Part shown: positions 40,203-58,666 of the stretch, one piece after another
How the letters are laid out: each line of letters begins with the position of its first letter
Position numbering within the stretch: position 1 is the stretch's first letter
Source: Eledone cirrhosa
Taxonomy: Eukaryota
Reading direction: 5' to 3'
NCBI GenBank assembly: GCA_964016885.1
Contig: OZ024740.1
Coordinates: 128,836,001-128,900,000 of the forward strand
DNA length: 64,000 nt
Position numbers and translations under genes: made by a program
The notes under the pieces: model-generated
Told to the model about the DNA's origin: nothing
Database searches by the model: none
Seen by the model: only the letters and a program-made list of their open reading frames with translations

Positions 40203-40405
40203 CGAAAGGTAGCTAGTTAACTAGATAGATAGATATATAGATGATAGATAGATAGCTAGCTAAATAAACATATACATAGATAGATGGATAGATAGATACA
40301 TTTCTTTATTAGCCACAAGGGCACAAAAGAAGGGGACAAATACAAATGGGGAGTTTACATACAGGTATATGAAAATAAAACTATTATAGATAGATTGATA
40401 AATAT

Positions 40406-40590
40406 AGTTTCTACTTTTAGCACAAGGCCAGCGATTACCCTAGTGCACCACTGGTACTTTATTTTATCGACCTCGTAAGCATGAAAGGCAAAGTTAACCT
40501 CGGTGGATTTGAACTCAGAACGCAAAAGGCCATATCTATGCTGGAAAGCATGGTGTCTGACGCTCTACCGATACTGCCAAACCACCGACC
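40406..40590 (-). mobile_element. SINE family 1
   Basis: Reverse-complement match; another partial + strand copy at ~41030-41160. Confidence 0.85.
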
Positions 40591-41524
40591 TTAGATATCT
40601 TTCTCTATAGATAGATAGATATAAATATTTCCTATAACGAAGAACAAGGAAAAAACAAATAGGCAGGCAGGTAGGCTGAGTGAGATATATGCAACACCGA
40701 AAGGAACAAAGTAAGAAAGAAGAGGTTAATGAAACCTGAAACATCCCAAATGTGTGAATGGTTTCATATAGATATGGTCACATGAGGCCGAATGCATCAT
40801 TTATATCTGCGTTTCCTTCCTCAGTATACATCCTCCTCCCTTTATTAGTAAGGGCATTTCTTCACTATCAGAAACATACTTCTTCAATTTCTCTCCAATC
40901 TATCCAGTTTTCTTCAAACGTCTCTTGTGTTGAAATCTGTTGTTATCTGCTTATGGGTGTAAGATTACGTAAATCGTTTACCATCCTCGTTTTGTTTCTA
41001 TCTAACGTATCAAGGTTTTCTTGTCAGGTTGAAAGGTTGGCTTTGCCGTTCATCCTAACGGGGTCGATAAAATAAAGCGCCAGTAAGGCACTGAGGTCGA
41101 TTTAATCGACTTTCCTATCCTCTTCAAATTGATTGCATTAATTCTCAACTAGAAACCATTATTGCTATAGATTGTGTTCTTGAGTTCATCGCATTAATAC
41201 TGTTTATGCCTCTGAGTTTGTAGTTTCATGAATTCTTATTTCTTGAGAGATATTCTCTCCTGCATTTAGTTTTCATTAATAAATCTTTTATATTAGCGGT
41301 TTCCTAAATTCCATATATATATATTTATATTTTTATGGAACGATCGACTTTCGTCAAATGGGACCGAGGAAAAAAAAGTTTCCAATGGTCTTTCCAATTG
41401 CTAATACTATCTATCGGTCGCAACTCCAGGTAGAAGGAGCAACGTGAAATAAAGTGTCTTGTTCAGTGACATGACGCATCACCCGGTCCGGGAATCGAAC
41501 TCACAACCTCATGGTTGCGAATAT

Positions 41525-42270
<746 letters not shown>

Positions 42271-42320
42271 TTAAAAACTTACGGGGGCGATTCCATAACG
42301 ATATATCCACCATGTGCGTT

Positions 42321-42378
<58 letters not shown>

Positions 42379-42593
42379 GGTGACCTATGTAGTAAATCGT
42401 ATCATCGTGAGCTCCGCAAATGTTTGTTATTTTCAGTTGTTTAAAATTGCTATTTATGGAATATCTTTATTGTTAACTGTATATAAGTGCACATACATTG
42501 ATTTCTGAAAAGGACACTCAAAAATATTGGGGCCTTGAGCCCAAAATTTAAACTTTTTATAATTATCAAACAGAAATCTTTCTTTGAAAAATC

Positions 42594-44521
42594 ATGGATG
42601 ACTCAGAGTCACTACTTCCTCACAATCTAACACCTCACACCGACACCACCATTGTAAATATTGCTACGTTTGCCAACACTGGAAATGTAAGCAGTAGCAA
42701 TATTTTAAATTTGTCTCAGGCAGAGGTTCATTTCCCGCCATTACCAATGACTGCAGGTGTTAAAGCCGCCACGCCACCACCACCACAGCGACAACAGAAA
42801 CAAAAGAAAAAAATAAATTAACTCGTGATATCGAAATTAATTCAACCAAAATGAACTCTTCCACACCGAACACCACTGACGCCACCACCACCACAACTGA
42901 AACTAAAATTAACAATAGCAAAAATAACGACAACAACAACAGCAACAATGAAATTAAGAAAACTACCCTGAGTTTTGCCAGAGTAGCAAAAACGTGCGAA
43001 GCGATCCAGGTAACTCAGGAGGAATTAGAAGAAGCCAAAGGAATGGTAAAGAAAGATGGGTACAGGATCAGCCCCCCCCCCCACACCTAATAAAATGGAG
43101 AAACGTCGCCTATGCACCGTATCTTATCGGATAATTAACATAAAATCGCGCCGAGTGGAACGGGCATCCGAGTCCCAAATCCAAAAAGCTTTGGGACATG
43201 TGTGGGCCAAAAAAACCCACATCAGACGTGGGCAGAAGTATGGAACCGTGGACGTGTTCTTTGAAACATCACAGGAGGCCAGAGAACACTCCATGGCCGC
43301 ATTAAGAAGTGACGACTTCACACTCGTCCCAAATTATTGTGGCCAGAGTCTTGTGAAGATCAGGGTGACCCACGTTCTACCGGCCATCGAGATTCCCTGG
43401 CTAATGGCTGTCGTCCTCGCCAGCATCGAGGCCAACACCAAAATATAGAAATTGCTAAAGAAAAGCAGGAGAACTGGTCCAGATCTGGGATGGAGCTCCT
43501 GATCCAAGCGGACCATAAAAGCATTGAGAAGATCCCAGAGGTAATAGACCTCACTGACGGCAGCCACCTCACCGTAATCGTCGAGGGCAGAAGACCAAGG
43601 TGTGTCGTTTGTGGTGAAGGAACCCACCTAAGGGCTTTCTGCTCTCAGGCTAAAGGGTTGAGGCCACCTCTCTTACCCACCCCAGTGACTCAACCATCAA
43701 CACCACCAGCAGCAGAAATGGCAGCAACAACTGTAGTAGCAACAACAGAAGCAACTATAACCGCAACAACCCCAGCAACAGTAGCAAAAACAACACCACC
43801 ACCACCAAACGCGCCAGAACTAGCACTAGCGCCTACACCATCCACCACGCCACAACCAAAACCAACGTCTGTGTAGGATTTTTCACTCCCCGGCTTATCG
43901 CAACTGGAGACAGATTGTGACGACGAGGAGTGGGAAACGGTATCAGGAAAAAAAAAGAAAAAAGAAACCAAAAAAGAAAAAAATTATCTTCCTTCCCCCT
44001 CCAAACACCAAATACAGAGGGAAACAAATAAATTAACAAACAAAAAAATTGGGACAGATATGCCACCATCCACACCAGCATCACCAACCCCATCACCACA
44101 AACAGCAACACAATCACCATCATTAACCCCAACACCACCATCACTAACACCACAAAAGTACCCAAATAGCGTAACAGAAACAAACCCACAACAAACGCAA
44201 ACAAAACAAAACAACCAAAACGATACACACTACACAGCATTAAATTTGAACAACAACCAATTATTCCACTACATGCAACCCAACACCAGCATCACAGAAA
44301 AAGACTACACAACAACCCAAATGTCCACACCACCTCCACACATACAAATCACTCGCATCACACAGAAAACGTACACGACACTAAAACAAAACTGCCCCAA
44401 AGACATCGGAGACTTCCGACAAACACTCTCCAGGAGGATTTATAAGGACATCCTTCCGGAGGAGGCCACAAGTAGTGAAAAGGATGGGCAAACCGTCCTT
44501 GCTCTGCGAGAAGTAAGGTAA
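42594..44521 (+). pseudogene. LINE ORF1 (gag-like; CX2CX4HX4C knuckle and Pro/Thr-rich region), frameshifted
   Basis: SFARVAK, RPRCVVCGEGTHLRAFC (43601-43642), EWETVSGKKKK and an acidic C-terminus; split over ORFs 42851, 43056, 43337 and 44060. Confidence 0.8.
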
Positions 44522-44554
44522 GTGGTCTTTCCAACTTTTCCACACCATTTCAAC

Positions 44555-47500
44555 ATGACCTCTCTCAGAATAGGCAGCAAAAATGCACGTGGATTGGGGT
44601 CATCATGGAAGAAGGGCCACCTGCTCAACGACCTCAGGTCACTAAACATAGATGTAGTGGCCATCAGCAAGACCAGTATCTCCGAAGCACGGGCCGTCGC
44701 ACCGATCTTCGGCGGCTACGTTGTGTACGCATCTCCCAGCCGTCCGGCATCGGGGGGAGGATTTGCTGTTCTTTTTCGGAGAGGTTTGGAACTCGCAATA
44801 TGGGCCATCTTCCTGGGCCCAGAAGGTAAGTTGGTGGTGCTAGACGTGACCAGCGGAGACGGGCAAGTTTTCAGGCTAGTGGCCGTCTATGAACCGACAG
44901 GAGCAGGGCGGCCTGATTTCTTCCGGCGTCTTTAGTGTTAGTGGCCGACTGGAACGGGATCTTAGATGCCCGCTGGGACTGTGTGGGATTAGCGGATAGG
45001 CGAGGAGGGTGCAAGAGCCTCACCAACCTGCTTAGGCGTTTTGAACTGTCTGACAGGCAGCGATTGGATTTCCAGAATGTGCCAATGTGGACTTGGACTA
45101 ATCGTATAGGGTCATCCAGATCATATCTAGATAGAGTAGTTTGTAGAGAAATAGATAGGGTTAGCATAGGCTGTCCACAATTCAAGATAGTCAGCTACAC
45201 GGACCACAAATTCGTGATCTGTGTGCTTGACTTAGATAGGCTTCATACACGAGGACCCGGCTACTGGAAGCTAAACGCGTCCTTACCAGCGCGCAAGGCC
45301 TACAGAGACCGGATTAGCGAACTAGTTAAGCGGGCGTTGACGGGGGCCATCGTCAACAACAAGTGGTGGTTTGCTCTGAAAAGAACAATTATAATAGAGA
45401 CCATTAGGTTTAGTAAGGCTTTAGAGGGAGGGAGAATTAGTTAGAAAATTAGACGAGGCGCTTAGTCTAAGACATGAGCGACCGACGTACTTGCGGCGAA
45501 ATTGGCCCTTGACCAATTATTCAATGTAAAGCACGAAGGCTGTGTTGTCAGAGCTAGGGTGCGTGCTCTCAGACACGAGGGGACGAAAGCCGTTCAATGG
45601 GCCCGAGTGGCGGAGGCGCGTCTTGGCAACAAAGCCACGATCCGGTCTTTGGTGGACCACGACGAGCGCTTGCTACTCGATCCCGGGCAAATGTGTGAAG
45701 CTTTTCAGCGACACCGCGCCAGTTGTTCGGGGGTAGCGGTGGGCCGGATCGAGGGATGGACTTTAGTGTCTACCTCGACGGACTGCCGCTGCTCTCGGCC
45801 ACTGAGGTGGAGTGTTCCGAAAAGCCGATAACAGCCGCTGAAGTACGGGAGGCAATGACTAGCTGCACAAGGGGTAAATCGCCTGGTTTGGATGGTCTGC
45901 CTTATGAACTTTACGTACAGATGCCAGACTTGTTCGGAGGCCTCTTGGCGGACGTCTACTGCAACTGGCAACAGAACCGCAGAATTCCCAGCTCTGTGAG
46001 CCGAGGAGCTGTGGCGCTACTGAGAAAGGATCCGAACAAGGGGGATAACATAGATAATGTTTGGCCCATAACTCTGCTAAACACAGAGGTCAAGATTTTG
46101 GCCAAGGTGCTAGCAAAGAGGTTGGCGCTTGTCGTTGGTGGTCTGGTGGGAGAGGCGCAGACATGCGCCATTCCCGACAGATCCATCCACGACAACCTCC
46201 ACCTCATGCGATACATCGTAGAGAGGGTAGCTAGGGAACTTGGCACGGGTGGGTCCTTGATCAATTTAGAACAGTCGAAATCTTTTGATAGGGTCGACCA
46301 TCGTTACCTAGCGGCAGTCCAGAGGGCGGCTGGCTTTGGGCCCGTCTTCAGAAGCTGGATCGCTGCCATGCACAGCTACATCTGCTCTGTGGTGAGAGTG
46401 AAAGGTCACCTTTCGGAACCGTTTAACATCATGCGCTCGGTCCGCCAAGAATGTCCCCTCTCGTCCCTCTTGTACGTATTGACTCTCGAGCCATTACTGC
46501 ACAAACTGGAGACTTTGAAGGGAGTCCCGCGCGAACTAGGATGCGGAAGATCCGTGTCAGCATATGCGGACGATGTCACCGAAGTCGTGTCGAACGCCAA
46601 ACACATGGAGGCGATCGGCACTCCACTAAGAGAATACGAAGCGGTGACAGGAGCAATGATCAACCAGGAAAAGTCAGTAGGCCTGCAGCTCGGCACCTGG
46701 AGAGGCAGGTCCATGCCGTCCAACAGCGTCGTCGGGCCCTGGACGGACGGACCAGTTAAATTGCTCGGGTTCTGGTTCGGTCCGGATCTCTAGACGGACA
46801 AAATCTGGGACGAGGCGACGAGCAGGGTGCCTTCTCTCAACCAGAAATGGGCGGAGAGGAAGCTATCCCTGAAAGGTCGAGCAGAGGTGGCTAACGCGTA
46901 TATCGCGTCCGTCATCTACTACCGCCTGACCGTCGTACCGTGTCCTAAGCCCCGCCTGACTGCGCTGGAGCGTTTGCTCTTTCGCATTTTGTGGAAGGGA
47001 CGCGCTCCGATGACAGGCGGTCCATCTTCTGTCAACACACGCTACGTGGAGGGCTGGGCATGCCTCAGGCTACGACATCTCCATCTCTTCCTCGACGGTG
47101 ATCAGGTGTTGTCGCCGTTTGCTAGACACGTCTTTCCCCAGCTCGTCTCCTTGGCGGAGCTGCAGTCCTGGGTCAAGCGAAGATCGAGAGGGAGCGCTTG
47201 GAGACTGGAATGTCTTCAGGCGCTCACAGCCCTCGACCAATCGGGCAATGTGATCGGTGGAAACTCCACCTTGGATTTCTATAGAGGATTAGTGGAGGGG
47301 AAGAGCGACGACGTACTTGGGGAAACTCTAGGCGTCGACGAAAATCAACTAGCCAATCTCTTCGGAAGAACTTTCCGGCCAGGGCCTATGGACAACTTCC
47401 AGAAATCCCTGGCCTGGCAGTTTACTGAGGAGCTTTCCCAGTTCGGGATAAACCCTAGAGGCATGGAGATGCCGTCAGCCGGGCATGTCCGAGATGCGCG

Positions 47501-47902
47501 CAGGGCGACGAAACCGACCTGCACGCACTCGTTCAGTGTCCGAAAATTGCTGACTTGTGAGTTTATGTCGAACACCTGCTGTCGCGTGTAGGACAGATCT
47601 GGCTATCAGCTGAGTCCATCGTGAGGATTTCCCCGCCCTATTCCTTTAGCCGGGAAGTGCAGGTAGTTTTTATATGTCTGGTGGCTATGGCGAAAGAGAT
47701 AGTATGGTGGTCACGTTTGAAAGGGATGAAGACGAGCACCTACCTCTTCGGTGATGCCCTGATTAACTTTTTCAAATTTCATTTGAAAAGGAAAATCAGG
47801 GTAGAAAGGGAAGTGCTCTCTTCCCAGAATGTTGTTGAAAGATGGGTGAGAGAAGCAAGTATGGCCCGAGTGAATGGGCCTACTCTGAGTATGTGTCTGT
47901 AA
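44555..47902 (+). pseudogene. LINE ORF2 (AP endonuclease + reverse transcriptase), disrupted
   Basis: SKNARGL, ADWNGIL, SYLDRV, YTDHK, GPGYWKLN, KSPGLDGLPYELY, WPITLLNTEVKILAK, KSFDRVDH, VRQECPLS, AYADD (46563) and LSLKGRA. Confidence 0.92.
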
Positions 47903-48154
47903 ATTAAAGGTGGAAAACTGGGAGAGGGCACTTGCCCTGGTGGTCAGGGTCACTGTGGCTTTTTAATGGGCTTTCTCCACGAATGTCCATCGGAAGTCTC
48001 CCCCCTATTGGGGAATTTTTTCATTGTTCTATTATTACATCCTCTGTTTCTTGTTGTTTACACACAAAAATACCCATTTGTCCCGCCCTGTATTGTCCTG
48101 TACTGTCCTTAATGTCTACTTTATGTAGACCCTTGTGGTTAATAAAGAAAGCAA

Positions 48155-48199
<45 letters not shown>

Positions 48200-48207
48200 G
48201 GTGGTGG

Positions 48208-48396
48208 GTTGCGGTGGATTGGCTGTATCGGTAGAGGGTCGGACGCCATGCTTTGGCGCATAGAGTTACAGCCCTTGCCCTTCTGAGTTCAAATCCCGCC
48301 GAGGTTAACTTTGCCTTTCATCCTTACGGTGCCGATAAAATAAAGTACCAGTAATGCCCTGTGAAATTCCTGGCCTTATGCCCATAACAGTAACAA
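48208..48396 (+). mobile_element. SINE family 1, full-length, with (ATT)n tail
   Basis: Match to 23309-23496. Confidence 0.9.
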
Positions 48397-48410
48397 TTAT
48401 TATTATTATT

Positions 48411-48843
48411 ACTACAGTTGCATTTATCTTGCTTTATGTTCATACGAGTTATCAGCAAGTCACAACCAGTGTCCTCAAGATACAACAAGGTCCGCACATG
48501 TGCAAGAAAGAACATACATAAACACACACAAACAGCCTCAGATATTCAACACGTATCGGAGGGTTCTTGATGTTCCCAGCAAGCATGCGTTTTGAAGTGT
48601 TCCAAAATGCGTGGCTGGACTAATCTTCTTTAACCATCTTTGGAAACTTTTTGAGATAGTACCTAGTGCACTTATAACAATCGGGACGGCCTTGATTTCA
48701 TGGCAGTTCCAAATACTTTTTAACTCACACTTTAAGTCCTTGTATCGGATAATTTTCTCCCTCTCTTTTTCTTGCACTCTCGTGTCAAATGGGCAGGCTA
48801 CATCTACAATCAGGCACGATCTGTTTTCCTTGTCCCAATCCAC
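48411..48843 (-). mobile_element. 3' end of a second R4/Dong-type RLE retrotransposon in (TAA)n
   Basis: MVDWDKENRSCLIVDVACPFDTRVQEKEREKIIRYKDLK...VPIVISALG...LQNACLLGT; TAA-type repeats on both sides; the 3' UTR differs from the 25728 copy. Confidence 0.88.
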
Positions 48844-50530
48844 CATTATTAGTATTATTATTATTAATATTATTATACTTTTTCTTCTTCTTCTTTCCTG
48901 CATCTAGCATCCGAAGAAACTGTTGGACGGCATAGATACACTTCTCCAGGTACCGAATTACAAACCCAGTGATTTATACTGGCGGACTTTTGCTCCAAAC
49001 AAACTTTAATATTCCTTTAAGTAGTTGTCGACCACCTCGATATCCGATGTGTTTAACACCATCAGGTTACCGTCATCCGCATATGGTGACACAGTTCTTC
49101 TGTGTGCCGGTTCGAGCTGGATGCCCTGCAAAATCTTTTGGTGCTGCTGTTAGTGTTGTCTATTGCAGTAACTATTTTTACTCTGTCTGTAGCTTAAGAT
49201 GTTCCGGCTACCAGTGTGTTGTTTCGCTTTTGATAGCGATGTTTGCTGGTGATATAGTCGTTTGGGGTTTGGAGGTATTGGAGTTATCAGCAAGGTCACT
49301 CTGTAGTTCCCTGTCTTCTGTTGAGGATATAATGGTCTTAAGCGGCCAGTTTCCCTAAACAGATGGCAACGTGCCTTTCAGCTCTGAACAATGCCATAAA
49401 ACTCCATCAGACATAGAGGATTCAGATCATGGGGACTTTATCTGGTTTGATACAGGATCACCTCAATAATCATCCCTGAAAAGGATTCTCGTTGCGATCG
49501 TTTCAAAACCATGTCAATAACTACCAGATATTCACTTCTGATGGGATCCCGGAACTTCTTCCTAAATATGATGGGTAGCCCACATTCTTGTCGTTCTAGA
49601 GGATACCAACTGAGTGTGCGACGACACTGCTTTGCCCTAAAAGAGCACGGGAATACCATTGGAGTTGGTGGAAATACAATTGCAGGTAGTGGTTAAGGTA
49701 GTGACAGTGTTCGTGCTAGTGTTCTTGTTGATTGTTGTTGTGTTCGTTTTATTTTGTAGTTCTTGTGATGGTGACGTTGTTGCAGTATTTTTTGCTTGTT
49801 AGAATGTAGAAGTTCGCTTAACAAAAATTACGTCCTACCTTCTATCCCAAGCCGTCGTTTTATTGCAATGTATAATTTTAGAAAACACTGCCCCAACTCA
49901 AACTTTTGTGTGAAATTGTGTAACGGATCTTTTGCTAGTATGTAAGGTAGATAGCAGCGGAAAACCAAGGCCTCCGGCTGCGTAACGCTAGAATTCCCTG
50001 AAATTTAGATTATGGTGAAAAGATGTCCTTAGATTGCTCAAGCATATACAGGGTAATTTCAAATGCAAGCTGTTCATGTCATCAAATATTTGCAACAGTC
50101 ATTGTCGAAATCGATGTTGATCTATTCTCCATTTTTTCCAATGCTCCTACACGATCAGGATTTAAGTTGGGTTGCAGAAAAATGACAATGTGAATGTTAC
50201 GATGTATTCACTGTCAAATATAATTTGGTGTGTAAATATGTCCAGCGAAATTCCTCCATGAGTTAGCATGGCTACCACCGCACGTCTTTATTTACAATGC
50301 AATCAAAAGTGAGAAAGCTTGAAACGAAAATCGAAACAAACTTTCAGAGAGAGTTCAATCTAAAGAACACTGGATGAAATTCCATCTGATTACAAACACA
50401 ATGAATATGAATATGTGCGGATTCAATAATTGTGCATTGTATTGCATTGTATTGTCTTCATCAAAAATGCGAATCAATCAATTTGTTTGCATTATTCAAA
50501 TTATTACCCATTTTATATATATATATATAT

Positions 50531-50724
50531 ATAACGAAGGAATTGTGGTAAGGAACCAGATTGACCATAACGCACCAGAGTACTCAATACTTAGGGTAGT
50601 AGAGTGGGAAATAGGAAAAAGTATGACCCCGACGCAGAGCTCAAGCCGTTTCGACGGGTATTTCTGAGACTGAAATAGTCGTCGAAAAGGTTGAGCTCTG
50701 CCGTCGGGGTCATAGTTTTTCATA
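50531..50724 (-). mobile_element. Family B repeat, palindromic copy
   Basis: Same structure as 7681-7874 (palindrome 50611-50724). Confidence 0.85.
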
Positions 50725-50727
50725 TTA

Positions 50728-50775
<48 letters not shown>

Positions 50776-50805
50776 TTTAAATACGTATATATATATATAT
50801 GTATA

Positions 50806-50869
<64 letters not shown>

Positions 50870-50880
50870 TATATATATAT

Positions 50881-51100
<220 letters not shown>

Positions 51101-51302
51101 CACTTGTATATGTTTCCTTCACAATATTTTGTTCTGATAAAGAATTCCTATGAAATGAAATATAAAAAAAATATGCTGGATAATGATTTTTGCTAACTTC
51201 AGTTTGAGTCACTGAAGACGTACACAGACGTGGTTGTTTCATTCAACAGAAGAAAAGAATATACGTCAACAACAACAACAACAACAGCAATAACAAGAAC
51301 GA

Positions 51303-51395
<93 letters not shown>

Positions 51396-51813
51396 CAATA
51401 ATAATAATAATAATAATGATGATGATGATGATAATAATAATACTAGCCTAATTACACTTTCAATGATTTGTTGGAAAACTAACAAAAGTTTAAAGTGTGA
51501 AAAGAAATTGAACGGAGAGAATAGATCGTCTTAACAAAGAAATATCATTAACACTTTTCTTATTTAATATTTTACGTTTTTCTTCTCTTACTTTTCATGG
51601 CTGATTTTATTCTGCATGTTTCTTGCAGCAACAAAAGTTTCTGTTAAAGAAGGTTAATAAAGAAATTCACATAATAGCTAATTAATTCGGTATGATCCCT
51701 TTAAGTAGAATACAGGCATACATACGCGCGCACATATATGTTTAATGCATGTATCTTCGATTAATATTATATATGCGTGTATACAAATACATATATATAT
51801 ATATATATATTTA

Positions 51814-51883
<70 letters not shown>

Positions 51884-51920
51884 TATATATATATATTTAT
51901 ATATATATAGAAACACACAA

Positions 51921-51954
<34 letters not shown>

Positions 51955-52063
51955 GCGTATGCGCGAATGTGTGCTGCGTTTGCACTTGTGTGAGTGAGTG
52001 TGTGTGTTGTTGGCCTGTGTATGAAGTGAAGATATACAATGAAAAAACAAAAAAACACACACA

Positions 52064-52099
<36 letters not shown>

Positions 52100-52464
52100 A
52101 TGGAAGAAATATAAAATGCCTTGTGTTTTGTAATCAATTAGCTTAAGGTTATTTTTTATTCCTTTTAATTGTACCCAATTTCAGTGCGTAAATTGATTGC
52201 TAGCTGACATAATATCTAAAATTAGTGAGTTACATGGAATGGAAAAAAAAAGGCATAAATTGTCTATTTCTTTCAGATAATAAAAAGATTTCAGTTTCTT
52301 TTAAATCTACTCCCACTAACAGAAACAAACGAGAGACACATCTTCTGGTTTTTCCCAACGAAAAATAAACATAGTATGGTCTATTTTATATTATATATAC
52401 CTAATGATATAGTAGAACCTATCTAAAACAGTATCATGAATTGTAATGTGTAAAGCCACATTAT

Positions 52465-52640
52465 TGAAGTATCGGTAGTGAGTCGGAGGCCATGCTTTCC
52501 AGCATAGTTACGTCTCATTACATCTGAGTTCAAATCCCGCCGAGGTTAACTTTGCCTTTTATCCTTAAGGGGTCGATAAAATAAAGTACCAGTAATGTAC
52601 TGTGTAATTACCGGCCTTGTGCCAAAAGTAGAAACAATTA
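52465..52640 (+). mobile_element. SINE family 1
   Basis: Match to 23309-23496; further copies at ~57672-57880 (decayed), 57890-58052 (+) and 59735-59920 (-). Confidence 0.88.
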
Positions 52641-53468
52641 TTATTGGACAGATCCTTTGTATACTTCCATGTGAATTAACGATTTTAAATTTGAAATGTA
52701 GTGGTTCCACACTAGAGTTATGTAAATGATTATAACAGTAGTCAGATCATATAAACAATAGCTAAGGTTACCGCCTGGATTAACTCTGGAACCAGAAAAA
52801 ATAGTCATTGGCGTATCTGTCTACTTTCTTCCATTATCAAGACTAATTTACACGAACGTCTCAGTTATAGTCATTGACTATTTTTTCATTTCTGTTCCTC
52901 TTCATTTTTTTTTAAATTTTACAACTTTCCCACTTTTCCAATGCTTCTTAATTCAACCGGGTGAAAGGACTTTACATTTTCATTTCATGTAATTAGTGTT
53001 ATGTTGTCCCATCTTAGAATATTTTGCTAATGTAGTTTTATGTTCTGCAGGACATTAAGTGCAGCACAATATTCCTTACAAAATAATTTATAAAATATAT
53101 TTGAATATCAATTATACCTTTCAGAGTAATATTATTTCCATCTAGACGACTTTCATTTCTAACCATATTTCTGACAATAATATATTGCTTTTGTATTTTC
53201 GTTTTTAAAGAGTCAAGAATTATGAGTGGTTTAGATCAATAATTAACTTTCATTTTAAAGATGGATATTAAACAACTAAACGCAAATATTATCTGTCACG
53301 CAATAATGAAAATTCCGACCAAGATTTTAAATTAAATTTGAATGATTTAATAACGGGGCGTTTGGTTATGTATGAGTTTAAAATGTTAATATATTTCGAT
53401 ATAATCTGTGACGAAAACGGACTTTGTTTTAGCTTTGATAGTATATACTGCACACACACACACACACG

Positions 53469-53500
<32 letters not shown>

Positions 53501-53504
53501 GTAA

Positions 53505-56322
<2,818 letters not shown>

Positions 56323-56417
56323 TATATACATATATATGTATATATATATATATGTACATAAATATAAATATATATATATATATGTATTTAAATATATATA
56401 TATATATATATATACTA

Positions 56418-56640
56418 TAAATGATGTCCATAGAATCATTTGATAAGATATATACTCCATTTCCTTTCACAATTAGCATAATCAACCACATAAAAATACA
56501 ATTAAACCCTGCTATAAGATTAAAAGGCACCTATGAAGAAACAATAGATAAATAATTATTAATAAATATTAATTCATCATTGAGCTACATCGTGAATGGT
56601 TGCTAAAAACATATCTATGACTTTGTCTAGTTTGTGTATA
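56418..56640 (+). mobile_element. Internally deleted family I element
   Basis: The left-arm start (as 37175-37316) is joined directly to the tail (as 37988-38072). Confidence 0.8.
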
Positions 56641-56647
56641 TGTAAAT

Positions 56648-56757
<110 letters not shown>

Positions 56758-58294
56758 CAGATTCAATGGACTGTCAGTTAAAAAGTTGAATTTGGAAGGA
56801 GTGTGCTTGAGCAAACTACAACTGTTCAGTCGGAAAGAATATTTGATTGTCAACATTTATATAGGGAAGCTGCTAAAAATTCATATTAAATTCAAAGAAT
56901 GGTGGGATATTTAATATATAATGTGTAATATTGTATTAGTTACATTTTAATGATTGTTACTTAGTTTAATCTTGGGGAAACATTTGATGGTTCAACTAAT
57001 GGAGGAAATGAGAGCTATAAATGTGTGTCTATTCATTTGATTTGTATAATGTGCAATGGTATCGACTAAATGGGAATAAAGAATAGTGTTGTAAAAATAA
57101 TCTTGATGAGTATTTCTGAAACGGTTACGTGTCGATCTTAGTAAATCTCATCCCTCTCACTATTTGGCCGCTGTAATCTACACAAATTGGTAAGTGAATA
57201 TACTCACTTCAGAATCAAGTCGTTTCCAATTGACCCACCACTACGTGCCATGAAACATGCTTTTTACCTTAACTTCGGAAATACTTAAGAGATGTTAACG
57301 AAATTGACCCAACCCAACTTGGGAATCTGTCACATAACTTAATTTCGTCGAAGACAGAACGATACAGTTACATATGAATACTAATACGAGAGCCGGGGGG
57401 ATTGAATCGACCTAAGACTCTGGATTGGCTATAATGCATACTTCACACTTTCTTCTTTTTTCTGAATCATAATATCCTGTTATTTACTTCGGTGCAAAAG
57501 AAAAACAACCACAGTAATATTTAAAGTGAGATCGTAACAAGAAATACAATAAATTCCATTGATGTATTAAACAATATCTCACAAGATTTGAAATGCTTTA
57601 TTCATATGAGTTTTGAAGCCGTTTAAATAATTCTTAATTATTATTTGGTCTTACGATATAAAGCTGAGGGAAGGTGGTAAATTGGCAGTATCGGTAAATC
57701 TTGGACACCGTGTTTTGCAATATTTTATCATAACTAACTTTGAAATCAGGTCAAATCCTGCCAAACTAAAGTTTGCTTCTCATATATTCTGGGTTGCTAA
57801 ATTAACTTCCAGTAGTATACTGGCGACGATATATTCATATAACCCCTTTCAGTAATCTTTGGTCATGTTTCTATATGAGAAACAGTTGGGTTGGCAATAT
57901 CAGCTTTGCAGCATAGAGTTACGCCCCTTTATGATCTGAGTTCAAATCCCGCCGAGGTTTATTTTGCCTTTCAACTTTACGGGGTCGATAAAATAAAGTA
58001 CCAGTAATGTACTGGAGTAATTGCTGGCCTTTAGCCAACAATAAAAACAATTATTAAAATACGTGGAAATACAAAGTAAAGAACATAGAATTAGTATAGA
58101 ATAACAATGAAATAAGTCTTTCAATGATTTTACATATATTTATTACAACCTCTTTCCTTTATGTCGTTTGTACACACAACGTATAATATGACATTTTAAA
58201 GAGAATTGTCTAGACATATTTTCATTCGTGTAATGTATGTGGCACAAGTAATACTCAATATACAATGTATGTGCATTCAATGCTTACCATGCAG

Positions 58295-58343
<49 letters not shown>

Positions 58344-58355
58344 ATATATATATAC

Positions 58356-58400
<45 letters not shown>

Positions 58401-58405
<5 letters not shown>

Positions 58406-58666
58406 TGACATTTGGTGGGAGGTAGGGGTGGCTGAACTTGCCTGTAGAACAATAGGGGTGTGAGTAGAGCCGGTCAAGTGTTGAAAGTTATTGTCTCCTA
58501 CTCCCATTCGAATTACCTATTCTATAACCCCTCTCCTCCACTTCATACACTATCCTTAGAATCTGCTGTATACATATCACTTTCAACGCTTGACCGGCTC
58601 CACTCCTTCCCCTATTGTTCTACAGGCAAGTTCAGCCACCCCTACCTCCCACCAAATGCCATGATA
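58401..58666. mobile_element. MITE-like fold-back with ~85-bp terminal inverted repeats
   Basis: CATTTGGTGGGAGGTAGGGGTGGCTGAACTTGCCTGTAGAACAATAGGGG / CCCCTATTGTTCTACAGGCAAGTTCAGCCACCCCTACCTCCCACCAAATG; TA at both ends. Confidence 0.85.

Larger units (their letters stand above)
42379..48153 (+). mobile_element. Near full-length L1/Tx1-clade LINE, inactivated, flanked by (TTA)n
   Basis: ORF1 with zinc knuckle, ORF2 with APE + RT, AATAAA at 48141, and (TTA)n at 42323-42378 and 48155-48199. Confidence 0.92.

Noticed and set aside
57100-57136. TTGATGAG...GAAAC...GTC possible hammerhead
   Set aside because: No stem II and only a 3-bp stem I; could be chance or extreme decay
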